Below are positions 49,543 to 62,636 of a stretch of DNA of 64,000 nucleotides, one piece after another. The stretch is taken from the NCBI GenBank assembly GCA_010405405.1, contig MU004239.1, positions 1,116,001 through 1,180,000 of the forward strand, given 5' to 3'. Under the pieces are notes generated by a model that had not been told where the DNA came from, did not search any database, and saw only the letters and a program-made list of their open reading frames with translations. Position numbers and translations under genes: made by a program. Position 1 is the stretch's first letter, and each line of letters starts with the position of its first letter. Source of the stretch: Microthyrium microscopicum (taxonomy: Eukaryota).

Positions 49543-49783
49543 GTAAACAACTGGTAGAATCGAGGTTTCTGTGCTTCCATGAGAAATTGTAACGCCCTTT
49601 TGAATTTTTGGAGATACTCTGACAAATACAATTGTTCGGAATATTGAGATGAAGTTAAGATGTTGGTGGAAGCTCCTGCATATCGAAGCGATCCTGACTT
49701 CACTTCTCACCTCTCAACTACAATCGATCCAAATCTATATTAACTCCCTATCATTAGCCCATTTCCCATCTCCTGAAGCCATA

Positions 49784-50332
49784 ATGACCTTCCTTGATAA
49801 CTTACTATCCCGGAAAGGATCAAAACCCCATCTATATCTTGCGCTGTACGCCAGGCCAAAACACCCTGATGTTCATCACCAAGCACTCATCATCGCCCCC
49901 AAGAACCTCACTGCTCCATTGATTGAGATACACAAATTTCATGTGAAGAACACTTTACAGATTCAGGACAATCAGCCACTGCAGCCCTGGGTATATGAGG
50001 CATCAACGATATCCTCTTTGGCAAATGAAGATCGACTTCTAGTTCTAGTCTGTATAGCGAAATTGAAAGGATCAATTGAAGAACTGTAACGATCGTTCTC
50101 TCAAGTACCGATATATCAAAAAGATGATCCAGACACCGAGAAGGCTCGCAAATTCGATTGTGCCAGTTGGGTTGCTGACGCAATTGATGAGCTTTACAAG
50201 ACCGAGCCAAGGTTAATTTCGAACCTTTCCAGCCAGTATAACTTGCAAGAGAAGGCGTATAAGTTCGTGAGAGATCTCCAGGATAGAGATTACAGATATA
50301 TCATTTGTTGCGGTCATCTGCGGTCACAATAG
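49784..50332 (+). pseudogene. Conserved fungal hypothetical protein with one in-frame TAA (50087-50089)
   Basis: LYLALYAR..HHQALIIAPK..FHVKN..RLLV..IAKL..EEL*RSFSQVPI...DDP....FDCASWVADAIDEL. The family-like pattern continues in frame after the stop. Confidence 0.6.
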
Positions 50333-51211
50333 AATACTGAAAAGATGAGAGAAAGTCACCTTACGCCCAACAGCCAGGTCTTTACGTGCATTTCCCTTCC
50401 ACAAAACTTCAACAGAGTGTTTCGAATGCAGGATACGGAACTTCTCAATCAAGTTGGGGAGATCCATTCCATAGCAGGTTTTCTGAAGAAGTCGAGCAGG
50501 CTCTCCAATATCAACTTCAATCCCGGGAACAAGATCTCTTGGAAGCAGTAAGCTGATCGTTATGACCGTCCCTGTTTCTGCACCCCGAGCTAACATGACA
50601 AATGTTTTCTCAATGACTGGATTAATCATGTCAAGAAAGCCTTCCTTCTCACCTCCAAGGGGTGCTTGGAGATAAGGATGGCGAGGATATAGCACTCTCT
50701 CGTATGTGGGGTTTTTGAGAACGCGTTGTCCGTCTGCCTGCTGCTGAACCTGACAAGGCTTTGCAGCAAATATTTGAAGGTGTTTGAGGTATGTTCGATT
50801 ACGTCCAATACCATCGAGCCATGCTACTACAGTATCCCAGTCATGAAAACAATCGAAAAGAAAACGATTTTTGGAGTAGAGATACTGTTCTGCCTCTGCT
50901 GCAATCGTTTTGTTGCCGGCAATCAACAAGTCTTTGCAGACGTGCTGAAGGCTTTGGCTCGTAGAAGTGTGGTCTTGAACACGATAACGAAGTCTTGTTG
51001 CTGGACGGTCAACATCCATTCGCATCTGGTCATTACACGGATTATCCCATGTAACGTATTCGGTGCGCAATACACCTGCCCACGAGATGATGGCCCCGGA
51101 AGATACCAGGACAAGATGGTATATCTGGTCGCGAACCTCTCTTGGCAATGATTAAAAGGTAATCCGAGGGATGTACAGCATCAGGGCGTGATAATGATTA
51201 ATGCCCACCAT
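50324..51211 (-). pseudogene. F-box-like N-terminal motif protein with an in-frame TAA (51154-51152); 3' end uncertain
   Basis: ATG at 51211 ...ITF*SLPREVRDQIYHLVL; later EAEQYLYSKNRFLF and WL..IG.NR..LKHL.I. The stop interrupts the F.SLP.E.R..IY motif. Confidence 0.6.
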
Positions 51212-51994
51212 GTTTATTGGAACTATATAGTGAGCTGAGAGTGGTTCAAATCCTGCTGATAATTAGAACATATGCTCTTCGAGTACCTTAACTGTTACGA
51301 TGGTTAATATGGTGGCAGATGGAGCATCCCAGGCTTGTCAATACGCGTTGAGTTCGAACTGTACAGTCTTGTAGCTCCCGTTGATATGTATTAAATTTAG
51401 TGAAAAGTCAAGGACTTGAAAAGCACCGTGGACGTTGAAACTGAAGCCCGAAAGAGCAAAAAGATGCCAACTCCCGACGTCGGAAATCTTCAAGGTCCAA
51501 CGCCACCAAATCTCCCCCTTCAGAACTGACAGGTCTAAAGATGTTATGATTGGAAGAAATGGTTTGGCGCTTGGTCTTCAGGTACGCCAGGGGTTGGCTA
51601 AGCACCAGTAGCACCGTAACGGTCTTCATGCTAGTTGCCGATCACCATTCAGCCAATTATATTCCCACAAAATCTCCTGAATGGTAAAATCCGGTCCCCT
51701 AAAACGCATCATCACCACCAAGTGGCTACCAGCCTTTCCTAAAAGGGCGATTAGTCTCGTGTAAGTACGGTGTAACGTTGTAAAGGGATCGGTGGGATGT
51801 ATTTTTGGCAGGCAGCCTTGTCTAGCGCCTAGAAAAGCGTCGAGTCTATCATTTCTTAAAGAAGATGTCCTTTCTCTTTTCTTGACATATTTTTTCAGCA
51901 AACAAATTCAATTCAGTTCCAACTCAGTCACTCATTCAACCCATAGTTTCAATCTTAATCGATTTCCAGCCTTAAAACAACGAAAACTATCATC

Positions 51995-52757
51995 ATGTTC
52001 ACCAAATCTATCGTTGTTGCTGCCATTGTCGGCTCAGCGTTTGCCGCTCCTCAGCCAGTTGCGGATCCTATGCCTGACTATCACATTCTTGAAATCCGTC
52101 AGGGTAAGTCTTCTCGAGAGATAAATCATTCGTTCCTCTTTCGATCACCAAAACTGACAACTCCTAGTGGCCTCTTCCGCAACAGCCCTCGCCGGCTCCG
52201 CCGCGTCTGCCTGTGTAGTCCCCAACTCCATCCTCTCCCTCATCACCAGTGTCCCAACCGCACCTGCCGACCTTACAGACGCCATCCTTTCGCAAACCAA
52301 CGCTTGCAAGCTCAGCTTCACCGGCTCTCTTAGCTCCGAGTACAAGAGCTATAGCAGCGAGGCCGTCAGCTGGTTCAACGCCAACAGCGCGGCTTTGTAT
52401 GGATGGGAATCCAGCTTCATGGCCAACTGCCCCATGGCCACTAGCCTGATTGGCACATCCACCGGTGTTGCTGGTGTATGCTCGACTGCTATTGCCTCAG
52501 GTGCCAGTGCTGGTTCCAGTGCTAGTTCAACTGCGAGTGGAAAGGCTAGTGGAAGTGCGACTGGCACCTCCGCATCCGGAATGGCTTCAGGTACTGCGTC
52601 TGGTAGTGGAAGTGCGGCTTCTGCCTCGGCAGGCTCATCAAGCAGCAATGTTACTACCAGCAACGGTGCTGCTGGAAAGGCCGGAGATGCCAACTCGGCT
52701 GTTGCGGTTGGTGTTGCGGCTATTGCTGGTTTCGTTGCCATTGTCTCCATGCTTTAA
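51995..52757 (+). CDS. Ser/Ala/Gly-rich GPI-anchored cell-surface protein, one intron (~52104-52167)
   Basis: Signal peptide, small Cys-containing domain, S/A/G tail, and omega site N-G/N-S followed by a hydrophobic C-terminus. Confidence 0.85.
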
Positions 52758-52933
52758 GCGTAGAAAAGTTGTACTTCATAGACGCTGATTGAAGGTCGAC
52801 GTTCTTGTTTATAGATGGTGTTAGCCAATTGGTATGATTTATAATAGAATTCTTGAAAGATGTAAACCTTGCTCGTTGAAGCTACTGGCGTTAAGTTGTA
52901 TCATCTCGTGGGCTGACCTGATAGACGTTCATC

Positions 52934-54861
52934 TCAAATGGAGTGGCCGATTGGAAGACCGGCGACGAGCCCAAATAAGAAAGATGCAAGAAACACAAGC
53001 CATCGGCTTTTGTTTGTTGATCCTATCAAAAGCGCGAGCGGAACTCCAGCCGCAGCAAACACCCAGAGCAACAAAGACCCGCTGAACGCAGCTGTTGTAA
53101 GTGCCAGGAGTATACCAAGGCCCATCAGGAATAGCATAGCAGTCAACCAGAAAGTCCCAGACTTGTGCCAGGTACGATAGCTTTGCAGTTGTGTTTTGAG
53201 ATGATTTAAGAGAGAATAACGAGGCCCAGGTTCGGAAATACTAGTTGGAACAGAACCGCCTCGAGTGTTCTTATTCAGAATGATAGCCTCGATCTCGGTT
53301 TCAGAAAACTTGCTTGGGTCCTTCAAATCCTCCGGTAGTTCTTGCGTAATTGCTTTGCTGAGCTCTAGAATCGCTTTGTAGTCCCCGGTGTCGCTTTGAC
53401 TGTGACGAAGCTTCCATGCCTGTTGAGCTTTGAACCACACGAGCCAAGTTGCAAGTGTCCATACTACTAATAAGATGATAAGAATAGTTAACAGGAGCAG
53501 AGAAAAGCCCCACTGGTATGAGGTCTTGGATATGTCCTGACAAACACTGTTCATTTCAATGTAAGTCCCATTGTACGCCTTGTTTGTTTTCAAGTCGTAC
53601 AGTAGTGGCGCAGGATATTGCTCGTTATCGCCTGGCCTAGAAATGTTCAAAGTGGGAGCTGGTAATGTGTAGTTTCCGAAAAATGAAGTAATGTTCAATA
53701 CGTTATCTGGCGTGTAAGGAGGCATATAGGCGTAGGTAACATTTCTCCACTGCCTTCGATACTGTTCGCTAACCCAACCGGTGTCTGCATGGATTTAGTA
53801 GCTGCTAAGACAAAGTTTGAGACTTTGAACTTACAATTCCCAGTTTGTCGGTAGAGAACACATACTGAAGAGTTAGAATACTGGCAACCTTCACTGACTA
53901 ATACAATCAGTGATCAGCACACTTCTGTCGCAAGAACTGTATTAGACTTACTTTTGTTCGTGAGACCAGTTTGATCTGACGATACAACCATGGTATCGTT
54001 GCTCATGCCTATTCTTTCACCATCGTGAATTATGTACTCAACCGTGGAGAGGCCATCAAAAGAAAGACGAGAGCCGTCCACAACAAGGCTTGGATTGATA
54101 TCAGAACTGTAAGATGTCATGGCGCTGGATATCGTGGAGAAAGACAGTATAAAACCAGAGGTTGCCAAAATCCATATCATGATTGACTTGTTTTTCAGAG
54201 CTCGATAGCGGATCCAATACCATGCAAGATGAGCTGTTGACGCGAGACTAGGTCCAGATTGAAGGAAAATCGTTCGGTACATTGGTATCGATATCTGCTC
54301 GGCCGCAAGCTGTGAGCTAATGTAAGATTTCATAACTTTGTAGGATAGGAATCCAAGAATTGCCTGGCCACCTCGACCGACAACCTATAGACTGTTAAGA
54401 TCCGAAGTCCAGAGTGATCGGCTTGTTCTTACAAGGTCCCAACAAATGTCTATGATTTTGGCCTGTTTGAAGGATAAACCTTGACCAGCAATAAGTGAGA
54501 CGTCAAACAAGCTGGAGAGAAGCCATGGGTTATAGGTAGGCCCTTGGTGGTCATTGGAATTTGTGAATTCTGCTAGGGAGAATGTCCCGTCTGGTTGGCA
54601 TGGCAGATTGTAACTTAGATATTGAGGATAAATCACATAGTTTAAACAAAAGCCAAGAGTAATCAATCCGCTGAGCCAGAGCAAAATAAGGACTGGTGTC
54701 ATTGATGGGACTAGGTTAGAAGGCTTGAGATCTCTCTTCAAATCTTGCCACGCCGCTTTGAAGGTCTCTTTCCAGTTTTGTCGGCGAAATATAGTTGATG
54801 ATTCATCATGTAATTGATTGTAGGAGGCCGTGGCCTCCACTGTTGTGGGAAGGAAGGCCAT
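52934..54861 (-). CDS. Multi-pass membrane protein of an uncharacterised fungal family, 4 exons
   Basis: AKIIDICWDL|VVGRGGQAIL, SAMTSY and CQ....YQWGFS..L; three GTAAG introns keep the frame; several TM segments. Confidence 0.75.
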
Positions 54862-55948
54862 TAAATAATTCCAATCCTGAAAGAGGACTTGAGTTGGCAA
54901 TTTTGGTCATAAAGTCGTGAAATGGAGGAAAAGAGAGCAGCAGCGTGATCATTTAAAAGTTGGTCACTCTCCAGAGTCAGAATTGACGTCTGAATGTTCT
55001 CAAGATAACCGCCGAATCCTTCGTTCATGCTGGCGCAAAGCAGCACTTCTAAGTGGTCGTGCCGTTGTACGATCAGGCAGTGTCCTGCAGAGCCTCCTGC
55101 ACCCTGGCTCCGCCTCAACTCAAGCGGATACAATTGGTGAGCGAGACTTATGTTGAAACGAGACTATCAGCTGTACTATGCCTCCTGGATTATATTCCAA
55201 TAAATCTTGGAGTCATATATTCGGGAGTTGAAAGCTTGAAAGTTTTGAATCAAATGGGCTCTCCAGAATTCACATCTTGATGAGATTAAGCAACGTTGGT
55301 AGTTAGAAGCGGAATAACGTACTAACGCAATCTTCTGACCACCACCCTGATTTTAGAACGGTGTTCAGCGAAATAGCAAAATCGCAGGCTCTAGAAGTTC
55401 AGAAAATGCTTATGCGGCGAAGTCATAAGGCTGAGTGAAGAAGGGAGTGCACACATTGAGTCTAGCGTCGGATAACAACGGGACTGGACAATCTTTGATC
55501 CGAACTGCCCAGCAAGGCAAGGGCGCAGCAACTTGAATGTTTGGCCCTAGAGCCCCCGTACAGTTGGTACCCAAGCTGGCCGCTCTGAAATCCACGCAAC
55601 GACACCTGTCACCCAACCAAATCCATCAAAATCAACCGCTTAACCCGTCCGGTCATTTCCAAAAATTATATCACTGCAAGCGCAAGTCTCTGCTTGTCCT
55701 GCCTAGCAAAAAATAAAAAACTGAAAGCCCGGCGTTGAGCCAGAAAAGCGCGCGGAAGAGTTCTGGTGGATGCCGACACCAAACAAACCCCGCCTGCTCA
55801 CTGCTGCCTGGTTACGCTGCACCTCAAAACTCTGCAACCTTTGCCAAGCCCATCGGTCACCCCCAACAAATCGCCTGGCTGTCAACAGTCGTGCTTGCCA
55901 GCGTTGAGCGATTAAATTCGCTTCAACTTTGAGAAATACCCATAAATT

Positions 55949-57903
55949 ATGGCTTCACAACGTGCTGCTGGCGCTCGATTTCGCCAACGGAAGCTCTCGG
56001 TGAAGCAGAACCTCAGTATACTTCGTGAGGACGAAGTTGAGGCCACGTTTGACGATGAGGCTCAACGCAACATCCCAAAGGTGGAAACTGGTGTTGAGGG
56101 TCATGAAGAAATGGTATGTACTCACCTCCGATCTGGTCACTTTTGATATTTATCGCGACCTCATCATCGCGAATAAATTCACGTGACCTTGTTAAACCTC
56201 CTGAATTTGCCTCCCAATTGGGGTTAGCGCAACATGACTTTGGACAAGATGCTAACAACAGATGTAGGAACACCATTTGCAAGCAGTAATATCCTCTCAC
56301 GCTGCTGGCAATGGCAAGGCAGCATACATTCCAACTCCTCCCACCAATGTGTCAAGTGTGCATTATGATCGCCTATACGCACCAAGGTATCAACACCCGC
56401 AAACTTACATCAGATTTTCCTCCACCGTTGAAGATTCTACTGGCAGTCCATATTGCATGACCCAAGAAGATGAGCTCTTCCTTGCCACTCTCAATGCTTC
56501 GTACAAAAAGGCCTCGGCCAAGCTGCCAGGGCCATGTACTGAACTTCAATTCGAAGAAGTCATGAGCTTTTTCGAAGAAAACTCTTCAATCAAACAGCCA
56601 TATGCAACGCTGGACAATACTCCGGTACTGCCATACAGTGAAATGGAACAATCGTTCGATGATACCATTGATCCATCTTCCAGGCTTTTTGCAAAGGACA
56701 TTTATGACCATTGGAAACAATGTCGTCTTGCGAAAGGAAACCACCCACTGGGCTCTGCTTTGAAGTTCGAAAGAAATGCCGATACTGATGAAGCTGATCC
56801 ATATGTGTGTTTCCGTCGTCGTGAGGTACGACAAGCGCGAAAGACTCGAGGACGTGATGCACAGATAACCGAGAAGCTCAAGAAGATGCGTGCAGAGCTT
56901 GAACAAGCAAGACAACTCATGCATCTTACCAAGCAACGTGAACATGGCCGTCGAGATCAATTGGCTATTGATCGCCTGATTTTTGAACAACGTTGTGCTG
57001 TCAAGGAAACTAAGCGGAATCTTGGCATCAAAGGCAACGACCAAGACCTGGTTAACCAAAAGGTGAGAATACTCCTGAAGTTGAATGAACGTTTGCTGAC
57101 AAGGTTTGTAGCCAGTGGAGAAGCCCGCGAAGCCAGATCCTACTATGGTTCGTATGCCTGGTATGCCACCCAAAATGCACATTCGACCCGATGCCCGGTT
57201 GCAAGACCACGACTTGGTGCTCTTGTCGGATGAGCGCAAGAAGAGAGAATCCGAAGTTGAAACCGTCATTCAAGACAGCATGGCTAAGCACCGTACCTGG
57301 AACAATGATTGGGTCGACAACACCTGGCGGCCAATCACCCCTCCCCTCGACACCAATTCCAACTCTTCCTTTCGTGCAGCGATTACAGAATATCTTCCAA
57401 CTCCTCCTGCCTCAGCGACTTCTGAACAGTCCGCAGAGGGAGCTGCAGTAGATGGCCAGTCAACGCACACCAAGCCCAAAGAAAAGGCTTTTATTCCCTT
57501 CCGTTACGACTCCCCACCAATGGAAACGCCGGTTGCCAGACCATCATTCCGGAGACGCATGGGCCGAGGAGGGCGCATGTGGATTGACCGTCGCGGGCTT
57601 GCCCGCACACCGAACATGAACGAAGATGTCGAAATGTCGGACGCCTGTGTGGCCGAGCGCTACCAATATGATCAAGACAGCGACGACGAGCGCGAGGTCT
57701 ACCACACTGACCCATACGACAATGGCAATCTCCGCTACCGTATAAATTATTCTCAGCCCCAACCGGACCAGGCTGAACGGCAGCGTAGAGCACTGCTGGA
57801 GTCGCAGAAACGGCAACAGCAAGCAGCGAACAGCCACTTACCAGCACATGTCGTAGCGCAGCAACAGCAGCAGGTCCAGCGAGCGTTGACGGCGGCGAAG
57901 TAG
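55949..57903 (+). CDS. EPL1: Enhancer of polycomb-like NuA4 subunit. Exons 55949-56113, 56268-57062, 57112-57903
   Basis: RFRQRKLSVKQ.L.I, VETGVE..E|EHHLQ, YIPTP, YIRFSSTVED, DPYVCFRRREVRQARKTR and FRRR.GRGGR..IDRR. Confidence 0.95.
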
Positions 57904-59079
57904 TGTCATCTCCACATACTTCCGCTTTTGGAGGAAGAGTAGACGATCGAACTGGACGAATATTGATGAGGCGGTGGAGGCGGCTTGTATTCTAGGATGG
58001 ATTTTAGGTTTTGATTGCACCGATACCCCTATTTGTAGTGGCGATGGTCTTTTACTGTCGTCTTGCGTTTGAGGGTGGACAGCTTGCTGAGGCAAGGTGG
58101 TCTGCTCAATGTATTATTATGATCCTGCTTGTCTATCCCGATTGCAAGTGATTTGCGTCGTGTGTTCTTGCGTAGTGAGTCTGTTGCGGATAGCATTTGC
58201 ATGAAAAGCTTATCGCCAGACTACGTGCCTCTGATTATCCTTCGAGCTGGTGCATAACCTCTGATGGGCAGTAAGACAAAGTGTCATCTTGGACTCGACA
58301 GCGCATGAGATGGATTGTGAGGGGTCGTCGTGGGATGGAGAGTCTGGGCGGTAGTTCTTAGAAAGGTTGCATAAGGAGCTATGGGTCAGCAAACAAGCGA
58401 CAGAGAGGAAGTACATGCATGAGGAGAAGCAGGTAATTTTGTGCTCAGTGGGTGAGTGCCAAAGTGGAAGTTGTGAATTTCGGCAGTGAGCTGTGAGGCT
58501 GTCTGTAAAGAGATACGCTTGGCATGGCTAAAGCTCGGCTTGATGGAGTATGCACGAATCCAATCTTATCCATCTTATCTCTCGTCCTAGATAAAGGACC
58601 CGCTCCAGCCGCTCCCATCAGCTTCGCTGGCATCCACGAACGCTTCTCAATACGAGGTGGGATGTTTTCTAATATTTTCGCTAAAATTCTCGGTTCTGAA
58701 AGCCATATATGGTAAATACAGCACTCGATAGTAGAGCGTATAGTATGAGAGCCATCTAAGTCGATGGGTGCAGGCGCAATTATTTTGTCCATCTTGTCTT
58801 GTCGTCTTGAGAACGGGACGTGGATAAAATGCCCACTCTCAGCCTGATACACTTTCGAACAAAAAGCATACTATTATTTATGCATTTGTGCAGTCACAAA
58901 TTCACTATCAGTGCCCAGCCTCCCAAAGATAAACAAGACTATAAGGCCGCCACCATTTTCAAGCCTGCTCATCATGCAGCGTGTCCTCGCCCTTTAGAGC
59001 TCAAATTTCACTCCCTCATTTTTGCGTTTCAAAATGTTCACAAACCCTTTCAACATCCATTCGCATCTCGAAACCAACT

Positions 59080-60166
59080 ATGACTGCCGTCGGCTCAATA
59101 CCGCAGTCTCAAATTACAGATTTGAGCTATATTTCGGCGTTTAATCGGGGCCCCTTAACAACCTTATTCAAGCCTCCAGCGACGCGTCATGCACTGCCAC
59201 GCTTACATTTCAGAGCTCTGAAATGTATCACGGACATATCAGGCTCTATTATGTCGACACGAGCTGTTACCCTCCAATAACCACTGGAAATATTGAAGGT
59301 TCTGCTGGTTGGGACGCGTTTTACTGTATGACTTTGGGATCCAAACCTTCAAGCAGGCGGCAGTAAACTCAACACTAACCTTCCCATAGATAGTCCCGGA
59401 TTATGTCCATCAGGCTACACCACATGCATCGTTTTCAACTCTTGGTTTCCAGGGTATTCTGATACACTCCTGCTGAACCCCGATACGACCGCAGCTGTAT
59501 GCTGTCCAAGGTATTTTTCGATTGAGGGACATTTCAGGCTTATTCTCATCGAAACGCAGTGGCTACACTTATACGACTTTCGGCCATTTATGTGGATCTT
59601 CTGTCTCGAAGGGAGAAGTAGTGGACTATTTCGCCGCCTCATTAGTAGGTGCTGGCTACTCGCTCACACATATGCACAGTACATTCCCTACCGATACAAT
59701 AGTTCATGGCGATGGTGTTCCCATCATGTGGCAAAGTTCCGACCAGACTGTTCTTGCCAGTGCAACAGCAGCTACTGCTTCAAATACTGCCACATCGACT
59801 ACTGGTACATTAAAGACCGGTACAACAAGCCAGTCCAGCACAAATGATACCAATCCATCATCCGCATCAGGAGGTGGGCTATCAAAGGGCGCGTCGATCG
59901 GCATCGGCGTAGGCGCAGCAATAGGTGTATTGATGCTTCTTGGTGTGCTATTGTTGTGTATAAGGTCGCGTAAGAAGCGATCGCAGCCTGTGATGCAGGC
60001 TCAAAGTCAACAATATTCGATCGAAGCAGACGATAAAAGACAGCACATGGGTCCCATGCCAGCAGAGATGGCGGCACATTCACAGTCGTATCAACATCGG
60101 CATGAACTACCTACCATGTACTCCCAACCTGCACCTGCAGAGCTGGAAGGTTCAAGATGGCAGTAA
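59080..60166 (+). pseudogene. Type I membrane protein of the GPLTT..PP.SC/YSPG.CPSGY family with a 5-nt frameshifting insertion at 59179-59186
   Basis: N.GPLTTLFKPPA in one frame, then SCTAT..SCYP..Y|SPGLCPSGY..CCP|SGY in a shifted frame; PIMWQSSD, GLSKGASIGIGVG TM segment and AEL motifs. Confidence 0.7.
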
Positions 60167-61088
60167 TAGCTTTAATATCCACGATTACCTAAGGCTCGAA
60201 AGCTGTTCGTGGGGAAAACTGTACAGTTTATCACAGCCATGGTGTCAAAGCTCTGAATCAATTCTCAACATTGCACTGGAAGAGTTCTACCAGTCTAAAC
60301 ACTCTTTATGGCACTCAACACACTCGATCCCGTTGCGTGTTGTGTGGGAGCCATCGAAGTCGGTGGAGGCACTCTCGTCATTTCCTATTCGTTGACACTC
60401 GAATATCTTAGTGTAAACATGTAGATCATTGCACCTTTTATGCATCTAGTAGCATGATGTGGCCGCGTCAGCCATATTGTCCATCGGTTGAGTGTATTTG
60501 AGAAATGATATCAGGCTGAATCTTATCATATCTTTCAATCTCTCGTGGCCCCCACGTGGCGTAGCGCCGATTCCCAACTTCATCTCTAAAGTTTAATCCC
60601 TTTAACTTATTCCAACTACACCTCATCCTTCCAAAATATTTGTCTTAATGATTTTACAGTATATGATCTATGCAGTGCCTGCACATATCTATAGCTCCTT
60701 CTTACCGCATCCGCATGAGTAAAGGCCGCCAAGGACATAACGTTATGCGCGAACTCACGAAGAGGCTATGTCCGTGCCAACATGCCGTCGGCATTCCGAT
60801 TCCGTATGCGGCGTACTGGACATTTTTCAAAGGCCCTTGACTACAGTAGATCGCGATACATAACGTATCATGACGACACGACTTTGTCAAGCTGAATGTT
60901 CGTGCTTACCGTCGGCATGTAAAGTACGCCTGTAGATCCAATGGGAAATCTTGCTGCCTAGCGCCATCAAAAGTCTATATATCAACTTCACCCCAGATTC
61001 ATTCCCAATGACTCGCAAGCATTTGATACCAAGGCCCTTTCCATATCTTCCCCTGTGTGAATTCATACATCGCAAAATTTAAATCATC

Positions 61089-62444
61089 ATGCCCCAATCA
61101 ATCCTCATCATCGGTAACTCCATCGCCGGCCCAACCCTTGCTACTTTTCTGCTTCTCTCATCCTTACCTGCATCTGAAAAGCCGCACATCACCATCCTTG
61201 AACGCGCACCCAACATCCGCGTTCATGGGCAGAACATCGACATCCGCGGCGCTGGACTCACGCTGCTCCAGAAACTCGGACTCGAAGCTGTTGTCCGGGC
61301 GTCCACTACTGGTGAGGCTGGCGTACGAATTGTAGATGATCAAGACCGCACATGGGCGGCCTTTCCTGCTGGACCGGGCGGTAGTGGGCCCACAAGTGAT
61401 GTCGAGATTCTACGGGGACGATTAGCAGAGATATTGTACGAACGGAGTCGCACAGTCAGCGAGGAGGTGAAAGGCGAGGGAGGACACGGGATCGAGTATC
61501 TCTGGGGCGACTTTTTGACGGACATTGAGCAGAATGGAGAGATGGTTGATGTTGTGTTTGCAAAGAGTGGAGCGAAAAGGAGTTTTGATCTTGTGGTTGG
61601 TGCGGATGGACTGCAAAGTCGGACGCGGAGACTTGTGTGGGGAGATTATGGTGAAAGCGAGCGGGTCAGGAAGTTAGGGATGTATGGTGCGTTCTTCAGC
61701 ATGCCAGTTGGAAAGACTGATAGTATGTGGAGACGGTGGTATCATGCGGCAGGCAGGAGATGGATCATGATCAGGCCAGATGAGCAGAGAGGGCTGACTA
61801 CGGTTTTCATGGCTACGATTAGCGATGATAAGAGATGGGCGGAGGCTGCATTGAAGAGTCGAGCAGGTCTTGATGGCCAAAAAGCTTTGATGAAAGAGTG
61901 CTTTCAAGATGCTGGTTGGGAAAGTGAAAGAGTATTGAAAGAGATGGAGAGTACGGAAGACTTTTACTATGATATGATTGCACAAGTAAAGATGGATAAA
62001 TGGAGCAAAGGGCGAGTAGTACTTTTGGGTGATTCTGCGTAAGCCTTTCACTCCTCACACATCATCGAACACTGGCAAATTGTTGACTTGATTCCCAGAT
62101 TCTGCGCTTCTCCAATATCTGGAATGGGAACTACGTTAGCAATGACTGGCGCATACAACTTAGCTGGAGCACTCACGCAGCATCCTGATGATCCAGAAGC
62201 TGCATTTTCTCAATACGAGAAAGCGCAACGGCCAATCGTCAACAGTGCACAAAAACTAGCCCCTGGCTTTCCACACCTGATCACTCCACAAACGCCATGG
62301 GGAGTATGGATCCTTCATGCCATCATGTGGATCATATATAGATCGAGGTTGATCGATCTGCTCTCAAAAATTGCGGGGCCACCTGCAGGTCTTGCTCCCA
62401 TCAATGACTATGGATTCAAACAGCTGTCTGATATCAGTTCGTGA
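61089..62444 (+). CDS. FAD-dependent monooxygenase (FAD_binding_3), one intron (~62039-62098)
   Basis: ILIIGNSIAGPTLA, GQNIDIRG, EILRGRL, DLVVGADGLQSRTR, WSKGRVVLLGDSA|FCASPISGMGT. Confidence 0.92.
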
Positions 62445-62447
62445 ACA

Positions 62448-62636
62448 GGAAAGCGACACGCTGGAAGAGCATGAGCGCCATGTCCCTCAGGTCTGTGAGA
62501 AGCTCCAGCAAGCAGGGCTCTACTTGGATATAGATGAGTGCGAATTTGCTGTCCAGCAATTGAAATATCTCGGAACTATCCTTTCACCTGACGGGATTCA
62601 AATGGATATGGAAAAGGTCGATGCGATTCTCAATCA
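62448..62636 (+). mobile_element. Ty3/Gypsy reverse-transcriptase C-terminal relic
   Basis: SDTLEEHERHV.QV..KL..AGLYLDIDECEF.V..LKYLG.ILS.DGIQMD..KV.AI matches the Gypsy RT region just after YxDD. No YxDD, LTR or integrase is visible. Confidence 0.85.

Noticed and set aside
55770..55907. Upstream ORF of EPL1
   Set aside because: The TSS is unknown, the start context is weak, and there is no supporting feature.
56114..56267. H/ACA or C/D snoRNA in the EPL1 intron (also considered for 42304-42492 and 45122-45307)
   Set aside because: Hairpins are present but I could not place convincing H/ACA or terminal C/D boxes; an Rfam/snoReport scan is needed.
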